NCBI GenBank assembly: GCA_039799905.1
Contig: JBDLRP010000051.1
Location: 1 to 26,823 of the forward strand
Length of the DNA stretch: 26,823 nucleotides
Direction: 5' to 3'
Source of the DNA: Pseudomonadota bacterium
GTDB lineage: Bacteria; Bdellovibrionota_B; Oligoflexia; Silvanigrellales; Silvanigrellaceae
Under the pieces are notes generated by a model. That model was not told the DNA's origin. It saw nothing but the letters and a program-made list of their open reading frames with translations, and ran no database searches. Shown in pieces: positions 17,818 through 25,859 of the stretch. How positions within the stretch are numbered: position 1 is the stretch's first letter; each line of letters opens with the position of its first letter. Both the position numbers and the translations under genes were made by a program.

Positions 17818-18694
17818 GGTCCTTGATAGTTTCAACAACCTCAACAACGGGGTTGGGGATTTTACGTTCCGCTGTGCAGAGCCAAACTTCCTCGTTGACT
17901 CCCTCAAGCGAACCAATCAAAAAAAGTCGCTTCTCTTCAACCAAGTCTACGACCGCGGCCGCCGGAACGGCGATCAGCCCAACTCCAGATGCCCCCAGCG
18001 ACTTCTGCACGGCTGTGTCTTGCGCCTCTACGACCAGTTGAGGATTGACGCGCTGCTCAGAGAACCAGCGCTCGCACTCGTGGCGAGTGCGACTGTGGAC
18101 GGTCGGCAAGACGAGCGGTTGACCACTCATCGAATGCGGGAAGTTTTTACTCAGATGCGCAAACTTCGTGGAACCAAAGATAGATATGGGCAAAGTAGCT
18201 ATCTTGCGCGAACGCAAGCCTTTGAGGTCTTCAGCAAAAGGCATTTGATTTGAGATGACCACATCCAATGTATGGTTCGCCAGTTCGCTAAAAAGAACAG
18301 AGGCGTGTCCCTCGACAAGCCTCACCCGACAGGGAAACAACTCGGTCATCCGCTGCACCAGTACAACCGCCAACCGCTTGGGCAGGCAATCCTGAATCCC
18401 GACGTTCACCGCAACTCGCTTGGAAAGTGCACCGTCGGCAAGAACCTGCAGGAGTTCGTCACCGATTTCGGCTATCTGGTTTGCGTAGGAGAGAACAACC
18501 CGACCAGCCTCCGTGAGCGTCAAACGCCTACCCGTGCGCTCAAAAAGAGAATGTCCCAAGGTGCTTTCAAAAGTCCGCAATTGGGCACTGAGCGCCGGTT
18601 GACCAACCCGCAGCTTTTCGGAAGCACGCGCAATCGAGCCTTCGTTCGCAATTGTTCTAAAATACAGCAGATGGTGATAGTTCAACCAACTCAT
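17801..18694 (-). CDS. LysR family transcriptional regulator, NhaR-like
   Basis: WLNYHHLLYFRTIANEGSIARASEKLRVGQPALSAQL, LFERTGRRLTLTEAG, ERKIPNPVV; GGGAGA RBS before the tandem ATGs at 18697/18694. 3' end overlaps the convergent gene by 17 nt. Confidence 0.92.
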   Translation of the reverse strand: MSWLNYHHLLYFRTIANEGSIARASEKLRVGQPALSAQLRTFESTLGHSLFERTGRRLTLTEAGRVVLSYANQIAEIGDELLQVLADGALSKRVAVNVGIQDCLPKRLAVVLVQRMTELFPCRVRLVEGHASVLFSELANHTLDVVISNQMPFAEDLKGLRSRKIATLPISIFGSTKFAHLSKNFPHSMSGQPLVLPTVHSRTRHECERWFSEQRVNPQLVVEAQDTAVQKSLGASGVGLIAVPAAAVVDLVEEKRLFLIGSLEGVNEEVWLCTAERKIPNPVVEVVETIKDLIRGF

Positions 18695-18738
18695 CATCTC
18701 TCCCATCGCCCATTCAGCCGACCGAGTTCGAACACAAA

Positions 18739-18805
18739 AAATTCGTAACACGAATTTGTTCGATTTAATCGAAGTGTATATATCTTTTTATGTTATTTAA
18801 TCAAA
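18739..18805. promoter_or_regulatory. LysR-type (T-N11-A) operator cluster in the divergent LysR/terC spacer
   Basis: AAATTCGT-AAC-ACGAATTT (18739-18757), TTCGATT-T-AATCGAA (18759-18773) and a degenerate copy TGTTATTTAATCAAA (18791-18805). Confidence 0.65.
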
Positions 18806-18848
18806 TCTATTACTGACGATACTAACGAAGGGAAAGTTGAGGAAATTC

Positions 18849-19790
18849 ATGAGCGAAATTCAACCGTCATTTTGGATATTATTTCATCTGTTTGTCTTTG
18901 TCATGCTTGCACTCGATCTGGGTGTCTTTCATCGCAAGTCACACATAGTCACCATGAAAGAAGCGCTTGGCTGGACGGTCGTGTGGGTTGGACTCGCACT
19001 CATGTTCAATGTCTGGGTGTACTTCGAATTCGGCAAACAATTCGCGGTTGAATTCCTGACCGGATATCTCGTCGAAAAATCGCTCAGCGTCGATAACATT
19101 TTCGTGTTCACGATGATCTTTGCCGCGCTCAAAATCCCGCAACTTTACCAACACAAAATCCTTTTCTGGGGTGTCCTGACAGCTCTCGTCTTGCGTGCCA
19201 TCATGATCTTTGCCGGCGTGAAATTGATAGAAAATTTCCACTGGACCATCTACCTGTTTGGCGGTTTGCTGATTGTGACCGCGCTCAAAATGCTCAAAGA
19301 CACCGAGACAAAAGAGCTCCACGTTGAGAAAAGCCTGCCCTTGCGCATGCTCGGCTGGGTGATGCCGGTGACCAACAGAACTGACGAAGAGAAATTTGTC
19401 ATCAAAGAAAACGGCAAATGGGTTGCAACTCCCATGCTCGCGGCGCTGATTTTGGTTGAGACCAGCGACGTTGTGTTTGCCGTCGACTCCATCCCCGCCA
19501 TTCTAGCGATCTCAAAAGAGCCGTTCATCATCTACACGAGCAACATTTTTGCCATTATGGGACTTCGCTCGCTGTACTTCGTGCTTGCCGACCTCGCCGG
19601 CCGCTTCGTTCACCTGAAGTACGGTTTGGCAGCAGTGCTCCTGTTCGTCGGCGGGAAGATGATTGCGGTCGATTACGTGAAAATTCCGCCGATGATTTCG
19701 CTTGCCGTTGTCGGCAGTCTTTTGAGTGCTTCCATTATCTCTTCACTCATCTACACATCCCGCCAAAGCAAATCCCTGCCCCATTCCTAA
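18849..19790 (+). CDS. terC: TerC/Alx family membrane protein
   Basis: LALDLGVF, EFLTGYLVEKSLSVDNIFVF, QHKILFWG, ETSDVVFAVDSIPAI, FIIYTSNIFAIMGLRSLYF; GAGG RBS before ATG 18849. Confidence 0.93.
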   Translation: MSEIQPSFWILFHLFVFVMLALDLGVFHRKSHIVTMKEALGWTVVWVGLALMFNVWVYFEFGKQFAVEFLTGYLVEKSLSVDNIFVFTMIFAALKIPQLYQHKILFWGVLTALVLRAIMIFAGVKLIENFHWTIYLFGGLLIVTALKMLKDTETKELHVEKSLPLRMLGWVMPVTNRTDEEKFVIKENGKWVATPMLAALILVETSDVVFAVDSIPAILAISKEPFIIYTSNIFAIMGLRSLYFVLADLAGRFVHLKYGLAAVLLFVGGKMIAVDYVKIPPMISLAVVGSLLSASIISSLIYTSRQSKSLPHS

Positions 19791-19816
19791 ACCCACCGGT
19801 CCTGAAACCCACCAAG

Positions 19817-19853
19817 CCTGCAGGTCAGCGATGAGATGACCTGCAGGTTTTTT
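19817..19853 (+). terminator. Intrinsic terminator after terC
   Basis: CCTGCAGGTCA-N9-TGACCTGCAGG followed by 6 T. Confidence 0.88.
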
Positions 19854-19898
19854 CTCGTATTTCCGAGAACTTAAAATTCAATTCTGCCGAGAATTGCC

Positions 19899-19926
19899 TT
19901 AAGTTAGCGCGCAATTGAACCGAAGG
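19899..19926 (+). promoter_or_regulatory. sigma28/FliA-like promoter
   Basis: TTAAG-N15-ACCGAAGG, 22 nt before ATG 19949. Confidence 0.4.
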
Positions 19927-19948
19927 ATAGGACAACAAGGAGGGCAAG

Positions 19949-21169
19949 ATGCACGGCGGTCGTTTGCTTCTAAACGTGCTGTTATTGTCCGTTCCACTTG
20001 CAACGCTGACGGCTTGTTCGGCAATCACCTCTGCGCTCATCAAAGAGTTTGCAGGTAAGAAGAAGCCAGCCGACGCGACCCCGGAAATAGTGCAAGTGAC
20101 ACCCGCTCCCGACAACACCGGTTCGGTGCTTGTGAATGGCCCCCAGCTGACTGGAATATTGTTGAATCCGGACGGAACTCCCGTCGCAGACGCTGGAATC
20201 ACAGTGGTTGAAACAAACATTGCAGCTACGACAAATTCGTCTGGTGAATTTGCTTTGCCTGTTCTGGGAATTCCTGCAGCCAACTTCGAAATGCGACTTT
20301 CATTTGAAAGAACTGATGCAGACTCCGGTGAAAGTTTCCTCTTCGACAGAGTAGTGGCAATTACACTGCCGCCCGACCTTGCCGTTCTGGTGCAAGCCAC
20401 CAAAGATGATCCAACCGCCACGAATGTCATTGAGCCGCGGCTTGCTCTGATGTTGCCACGCGCTCCCATTGGACAGCCAACTGCGGGCGGACAAGACGAC
20501 AAATACCTGATGTCATCGGTCAGCCTGCCAATTGCTGCCAATGGAAAGTCGTTCGCCGTGTTACCCCACATCAGAGGACTCACAGGAATCGCAAAATACG
20601 AGGACGTCAGCATCGGCAGTTCAGTCCGCTTCGAGTGGGATGCCCCTGAGTGGGCGATTGTCATGATTGGCTATGGAAAAAATAGCGCCGATATTGCCGC
20701 GTGGAAGGGAGAACAGCCATCTGCGCAAGTGGAAGTTATCAGTCGTTACGAGGATTGCAGCGAAGAAACATTCCGCAACGTGACTGCAGGTCCGCTTGAT
20801 CCCATTCTCGGAAAATGCGGTCTGACTTTTTCTAATGACGCGAACGCCAAACTCAACATGAACGACGATTATTATTTCAGGGTGGCGGTGGTGAGCGCAG
20901 ACCTTGTTTGGCTTTCACCTCTGGAAAAAGCAAAACACTCAGCATCGCGATGGTACCAGTATCATAGCGAAGTGGAGAGCTGTACTCTGGATTATTTTGG
21001 CCCTTCGCTTATGGATGAGACGGGGACGACCGTTGATACCGCCAAGTTCGGACCGACCCTCCCTGCGTGCGACGCGGGAAGGGTCGGTCAGGCATTTTGC
21101 ACCGGCAGCGATAGTATTTCCCCATCAAAATGCACGTCCTGCGAAACCAATCTCTTCGTGTGCAAATGA
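19949..21169 (+). CDS. Lipoprotein with carboxypeptidase-regulatory-like, FN3-like and Cys-rich C-terminal domains
   Basis: AGGAGG RBS; lipobox LTAC; LTGILLNPDGTPVADAGITV...TTNSSGEFAL; VRFEWDAP...DYYFRVAVV; six Cys in the last ~60 aa. Confidence 0.75.
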   Translation: MHGGRLLLNVLLLSVPLATLTACSAITSALIKEFAGKKKPADATPEIVQVTPAPDNTGSVLVNGPQLTGILLNPDGTPVADAGITVVETNIAATTNSSGEFALPVLGIPAANFEMRLSFERTDADSGESFLFDRVVAITLPPDLAVLVQATKDDPTATNVIEPRLALMLPRAPIGQPTAGGQDDKYLMSSVSLPIAANGKSFAVLPHIRGLTGIAKYEDVSIGSSVRFEWDAPEWAIVMIGYGKNSADIAAWKGEQPSAQVEVISRYEDCSEETFRNVTAGPLDPILGKCGLTFSNDANAKLNMNDDYYFRVAVVSADLVWLSPLEKAKHSASRWYQYHSEVESCTLDYFGPSLMDETGTTVDTAKFGPTLPACDAGRVGQAFCTGSDSISPSKCTSCETNLFVCK

Positions 21170-21190
21170 CGAGAGAATCAGGGCGTTGAA

Positions 21191-21772
21191 TCAGCCTGCA
21201 AAGTTTTTGGCAACGAAGTCCCAGTTCACAAGGTTCCAGAACGCGTTCATGTAATCGGGACGGCGGTTGCGGAAATCAATGTAGTAAGCATGTTCCCAGA
21301 CGTCACAGGTCATGAGCGGCTTGAGGCCCTGCTTCATCGGGTTGCCGGCGGCGCCCTCTTGTGTGATCAGCAATTTGCCTGACTTGTCTTTGGCAAGAAA
21401 GGACCAGCCTGAACCAAACACAGCGACAGTCTTGCTGGTGTACTCTTCTTTGAACTTCTCAAATGAACCCCAGGTTGATTCAATTGCCTTGAGCAGTTCG
21501 CCGGTGGGCTTGCCGCCGCCATTTGGCTTGAGGCAGTTCCAGTAAAAGGTATGGTTCCAGATCTGTGCCGCCTGATTGTAGATTGCACCGTCAGCCGCGA
21601 GGATGATCTCCTCAAGATTGGCATGCTCAAATTTCGTTCCCGGAACAAGTTCGTTGAGCTTTGTTACGTAGGCATTGTGATGCTTGCCGTGATGGAACTC
21701 GAGCGTCTCTTTCGAAATGTGCGGAGCGAGTGCATCAAGCGCATAGGGAAGCGGAGGAAGTGTGAAAGCCAC
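21191..21772 (-). CDS. sodB: Fe-superoxide dismutase
   Basis: LPPLPYALDALAPHIS, HHGKHHNAY, AAQIWNHTFYW (AAQ is the Fe-type signature), FGSGW, DVWEHAYY; GTG start with GAAGGAGA RBS. Confidence 0.95.
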   Translation of the reverse strand: MAFTLPPLPYALDALAPHISKETLEFHHGKHHNAYVTKLNELVPGTKFEHANLEEIILAADGAIYNQAAQIWNHTFYWNCLKPNGGGKPTGELLKAIESTWGSFEKFKEEYTSKTVAVFGSGWSFLAKDKSGKLLITQEGAAGNPMKQGLKPLMTCDVWEHAYYIDFRNRRPDYMNAFWNLVNWDFVAKNFAG

Positions 21773-21778
21773 AGCGGG

Positions 21779-21833
21779 TCTCCTTCAAGATTTGTGTGTC
21801 GTTGAATGCGATCTCTTTGAACGCCGAAGGAGA
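21779..21833 (-). promoter_or_regulatory. Anti-Shine-Dalgarno stem in the sodB leader
   Basis: Minus strand TCTCCTTCGG ... TTGAAGGAGA (8 Watson-Crick plus 2 G-U pairs); the 3' arm is the sodB RBS. Confidence 0.45.
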
Positions 21834-21880
21834 AAGGTAGCTGGAATGAATTAAGCCCGCAAGCAAGCCTGCAGGCAAAA

Positions 21881-21893
21881 TGTCAAATTGACA
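21881..21893. promoter_or_regulatory. Palindromic site upstream of sodB
   Basis: TGTCAA-A-TTGACA perfect inverted repeat in AT-rich context. Confidence 0.35.
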
Positions 21894-21905
21894 AAATTAA
21901 AAAAA

Positions 21906-22829
21906 CTAATCGAGAGGAAAGAGAATTTCTTGCACTTGCTCCCAACAGAGCGATTGCCGGCTCTGGTCGCCCAGAATTTCGATCACATCACTGCGCATCT
22001 CATTGGCAGGCTTGGTGATAACTGCAGCATGGCCGGCAGCGGATGTGTTGCAAAATAAAATAGAGCCGCGCGGAGCGAGTGAAGGTGTTGTCCGATACTG
22101 CGCAAGCAGGGAACGAAACCGCTTGCCGTTGATGTTTACTACCCCATCGGCCCCCTTGCGCGAGCGTGCAGCTTGAGTGACGCGCAGAAAACCGTTCGGG
22201 TTGGCATCCGCAGCCGCGCCCAGTCCGCTCGGATAAATGCCCGTGTCGGTCATGGCCCAACCCACACAAGGCCAGCATCCGCGCGAACCAAACGACGTGA
22301 GCCCGCAGCGTGTTCCATTTGCCGAGCGACGCGTTTCCATGTCACGCGCCAGTGCTTCAGCGCGGGCAGAACGCAAATCATCGGTCGAAACAGGTACACC
22401 CGGCACCGACGCGGGGCTCACCGAGCCAGAAGTTTGCAACTCGACATCTTCGAGCCTCACAAAGAACGATTTGTAGTCAAAGCTTCCGCCGGCCTCTTTG
22501 CCGCTGCAGAGTGCGGGATCCAGTGCCTTACGAAGTGTGACGAAATACTCTTTGCCCGAGGCACCCAAGGCCCGCTGGCGACTGACCGGCACGACATCGA
22601 GCTGCTCAGAACCAAGTTCAACTCTACATTTCATTCCATCAGTGATGCTGCGCCAAGAGAGCTGACTCAATTGCAGCGCACTGCCCGTCGAAGTCTTCAG
22701 TCCGACAATCGTCGGAGAAGAGGAAAGTGAGGCCGCCTCACTGTCCGCACTTCGAGTGCCAGCCTGACGACAGGCGGCGCTCAACTGAAGAACGGCCAGA
22801 CAAGCAATGTAAAGTGCGGAAAAACGCAT
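21906..22829 (-). CDS. Lipoprotein with C-terminal CHAP/NlpC-P60-like (Cys-His) domain
   Basis: GGAGGTG RBS before ATG 22829; signal ending LSAAC; RGCWPCVGWAM ... APRGSILFCNTSAAGHAAVI ... MRSD. Confidence 0.7.
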   Translation of the reverse strand: MRFSALYIACLAVLQLSAACRQAGTRSADSEAASLSSSPTIVGLKTSTGSALQLSQLSWRSITDGMKCRVELGSEQLDVVPVSRQRALGASGKEYFVTLRKALDPALCSGKEAGGSFDYKSFFVRLEDVELQTSGSVSPASVPGVPVSTDDLRSARAEALARDMETRRSANGTRCGLTSFGSRGCWPCVGWAMTDTGIYPSGLGAAADANPNGFLRVTQAARSRKGADGVVNINGKRFRSLLAQYRTTPSLAPRGSILFCNTSAAGHAAVITKPANEMRSDVIEILGDQSRQSLCWEQVQEILFPLD

Positions 22830-22846
22830 GCTCACCTCCGACATTT

Positions 22847-22875
22847 ATATCGGAATAAATCCTACGAAACCTTAA
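22847..22875 (-). promoter_or_regulatory. sigma28/FliA-like promoter
   Basis: Minus strand TTAAG-N16-TCCGATAT, 17 nt before ATG 22829. Confidence 0.45.
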
Positions 22876-23059
22876 TTGCCATATATTTTATCAATCTTTC
22901 CGGCGGTCAATGCCTTCGATAAAGGCAATACCTTCCTCACATCCCGACAATCGATGGCATGGTCCGATTGACCAAAAGACCCTGTGTTTGCAATACTCAC
23001 CCGTCGCCCATGCGATTCATCGCTGTATAAAAACGAAAACTTGCTTCATTGGAGTTGAA

Positions 23060-25804
23060 ATGAAGAGCCGCGAGGTCCGCCAGAAATTCATCGAGTTTTT
23101 CAAAGATAAAAATCACACTTTCGTGCCAAGCAGCTCGACAATTCCTGTGGGCGATAAAACCATCCTCTTTACAATAGCCGGTATGGCTCAGTTCAAGGAT
23201 GCACTCACAGGCGTCGAGAAACGCCCCTACTCGCGTGCAACCAACTCACAAAAATGCATCCGCATCGGCGACCTCGATGATGTGGGCAAGGACGGCCGTC
23301 ATTGCACCATGTTCGAAATGCTCGGAAGTTGGTCGTTCGGTGATTACTACAAACACGACGCCATCCGCTGGGCGTATGAGCTGGTGACCAACGTCTATAA
23401 ATTTCCGCTCGAGCAACTGTGGGTTAGTGTCCACGACTCCGACAACGAAGCAGCTGAAATCTGGCAAAAGACAGGAATGCCCAAAGAGCGAATCGTCCGC
23501 CTCGGCGACAAAGAAAACTTCTGGACCATGGGACCCACCGGACCCTGCGGGCCCTGCACAGAGCTTCATTTGGACCAAGGCCCTGCCGTCGGTAAATGCG
23601 ACGTAAAGGGGTTCGATTGCAAAGCAGGCCCCGGTTGCGACTGCGACCGCTACCTTGAATTTTGGAACCTCGTCTTCATGCAGTACGACAAAAAAGAAGA
23701 CGGCACTCTGGTAGAGCTGCCCTTCAAGAGTGTCGATACGGGCTCGGGACTGGAAAGAGTGACTGCACTTTTGCAGGGCAAGACGTCAGCATTTGAAATC
23801 GATTCGTTCGAGGGAATCCGCGCGGCAATCCTCAAGCGCGCGCAAATTCCCGCAGCACGCACCAAGCACGAAAACGAGAGCTTGAATGTTGTGTGTGACC
23901 ACATCCGTACGCTGACTTTTACACTTGCCGACGGCGCAAACTTCAGCGCCGAAGGGCGCGGATATGTCTTGCGCCGAGTGTTGCGCCGCGCCGTGCGCCA
24001 CGCTCACAGGCTCAATCCGTCGCTGCCCAAGGGACAATCGTTTTTGACTGACATCGTTCCTGCAGTTGTTGAAGAATTCGGAGAATTTTTCCCCGAAATC
24101 GTGCAACAGCAAAAACGTGTGCAGGAGCTCATTCGCAACGAAGAAGCACGCTTTGTCGCAACGCTTGAAAGCGGGCTTGCCAAGTTTCAAGCGTTCGTCA
24201 ACGAGGCGCGGGCACAGGGCCGCAACATGCTCATGGGAGAAGAGGTCTTCATTCTCCATGACACTTTCGGATTTCCTTCCGACCTCACACGAGTGCTTTG
24301 CGAAGAATCGAGCCTCAAAGCCGATCTCGACGGATTCGTCCGCTGCATGCAGGCACAAAAAGAAAAAAGCCGCGCCGAAGCCAAGTTCTACAAGTTTGAT
24401 CAGGATGATTCTGCTTGGGTTGAAATCAACAACATCAGCCAGACTGAACTCAAAAACTTCGCCGGCTACGGATTCACGGCAGGCAATGCAAAAGTCGGCG
24501 ACGTAGCCGTGCAAAAGGTTGCAGTAGAAGGACGCCGCATCGCACGGGTCCGCCAGCTGAAGAACAAATACTTCGAACTCTGGATGGCACAGACGCCGTT
24601 CTATCCCGAGGGCGGCGGACAGGTTGCCGACACGGGCTGGATTCGCGTGAAGGGAGTCGACGGAAGCGACCAAGATTTTGAAGTTGTCGATGTACGCAAA
24701 TCGGCTGCGGCCATAGTGCATCTTCTCCGCCATCCGGAATGGAGTGGTGAAGAAAGCGAAGCGACACCTGCGGCGGCACTCAAAGACATGTTCGCCAAGG
24801 GGCTCACCGCGCTGATCGATATGAAGAACCGCTCGGCGACCATGCGCAATCACACGGCCACACACCTGCTGCACAAAGCTCTGCAGGTCGTGCTGGGCGA
24901 CGGTGTTCGGCAGGCAGGCTCGTACGTCGGACCTGATGGCCTGCGCTTCGACTTCTCGCATCCAAGCGCTGTGACACGCGAGCAACTCGCGCGCGTCGAG
25001 GCGCTGGTCAACGAAGAGATTTTGAAGAACACGCCCGTGCAAACGCACGAAAATGTGAAGCTCGACGACGCCAAGAAGATGGGCGCAATGGCAATCTTCG
25101 ATGAAAAATACGACGACGCAGTGCGAGTTTTGGACATCAGCGGATTCTCAATGGAATTGTGCGGCGGAACGCACGTGCCTGCGACAGGTTCAATTGGCAT
25201 GTTCCGAATCACATCTGAAGGCTCTGTGACAAGCGGTGTTCGCCGCATTGAAGCCGTAACCGGCTGGGGCGTTATGGACACACTCGCAGGACTCAAAAAC
25301 AACATTCAACAGGCAGCAGACCTCCTTAAATGCGCCGAGGCCGACGTGCTCGACCGCGTCCGCACACTGCGCGATTCCGTGAAAGAAACAGAGCGTCAAC
25401 TGGCAACCGTTCAGTCGCGGCTTGCCAACAGTGTGGTTGAACAACTTGTGGCGCAGGCAACTCCGCTTGCGGCCAACCTACGGGTTGTCGCAGCGCAGGT
25501 GGACATCTCCAACGCACAGGAACTCGAGCTCTACGCCGACCGAATCAAGGAAAAGGGGATCGAGGTTGTGATTGTCGGGGCTGCTCTGGATGGCAAGGCC
25601 ATGCTGCTCTCAGCAGTCAAACCCGATGTGACGAAGGCACACAAGAACATCAGTGCTGGTAACATTATCAAGCAGCTGTCTGAAAAAGTGGACGGCAAGG
25701 GCGGAGGCCGTCCGGACTTTGCCCGCGGCGGTGGATCGTCGCCCGCAAAACTGCCAGCAGCACTTGCGGCAGCAGGCGAACTCGTGAAGGGCATGCTCGG
25801 CTGA
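23060..25804 (+). CDS. alaS: Alanine--tRNA ligase
   Basis: QKCIR, FEMLGSWSFGDYYK, GPCGPCTE, WNLVFMQ, DTGSGLER, GRGYVLRR, TPFYPEGGGQVADTG, HTATHLL, ELCGGTH, GGGRPDFA; GGAG RBS before ATG 23060. Confidence 0.98.
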   Translation: MKSREVRQKFIEFFKDKNHTFVPSSSTIPVGDKTILFTIAGMAQFKDALTGVEKRPYSRATNSQKCIRIGDLDDVGKDGRHCTMFEMLGSWSFGDYYKHDAIRWAYELVTNVYKFPLEQLWVSVHDSDNEAAEIWQKTGMPKERIVRLGDKENFWTMGPTGPCGPCTELHLDQGPAVGKCDVKGFDCKAGPGCDCDRYLEFWNLVFMQYDKKEDGTLVELPFKSVDTGSGLERVTALLQGKTSAFEIDSFEGIRAAILKRAQIPAARTKHENESLNVVCDHIRTLTFTLADGANFSAEGRGYVLRRVLRRAVRHAHRLNPSLPKGQSFLTDIVPAVVEEFGEFFPEIVQQQKRVQELIRNEEARFVATLESGLAKFQAFVNEARAQGRNMLMGEEVFILHDTFGFPSDLTRVLCEESSLKADLDGFVRCMQAQKEKSRAEAKFYKFDQDDSAWVEINNISQTELKNFAGYGFTAGNAKVGDVAVQKVAVEGRRIARVRQLKNKYFELWMAQTPFYPEGGGQVADTGWIRVKGVDGSDQDFEVVDVRKSAAAIVHLLRHPEWSGEESEATPAAALKDMFAKGLTALIDMKNRSATMRNHTATHLLHKALQVVLGDGVRQAGSYVGPDGLRFDFSHPSAVTREQLARVEALVNEEILKNTPVQTHENVKLDDAKKMGAMAIFDEKYDDAVRVLDISGFSMELCGGTHVPATGSIGMFRITSEGSVTSGVRRIEAVTGWGVMDTLAGLKNNIQQAADLLKCAEADVLDRVRTLRDSVKETERQLATVQSRLANSVVEQLVAQATPLAANLRVVAAQVDISNAQELELYADRIKEKGIEVVIVGAALDGKAMLLSAVKPDVTKAHKNISAGNIIKQLSEKVDGKGGGRPDFARGGGSSPAKLPAALAAAGELVKGMLG

Positions 25805-25859
25805 AAGACGCCGAGCCTTCACAGTGCGAAGCGTTTGCCTCAATCAGACCACAACCCAA

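Noticed and set aside
19789..19813. Direct repeat AAACCCACC x2 after terC
   Set aside because: Only two 9-nt copies with 7 nt between them; too short for a CRISPR array or insertion footprint.
23160..23352. AlaRS motif variants TIAGM and EMLGSWSFGDY
   Set aside because: I recall both variants from other functional AlaRS enzymes, so they are not evidence of altered function.
23786..25048. 420-aa antisense ORF inside alaS, and similar long shadow ORFs in fusA, murJ, pepA, the cytochrome gene and at 19825-20664
   Set aside because: They overlap well-supported genes on the opposite strand, have no recognisable motifs and are expected from codon bias.
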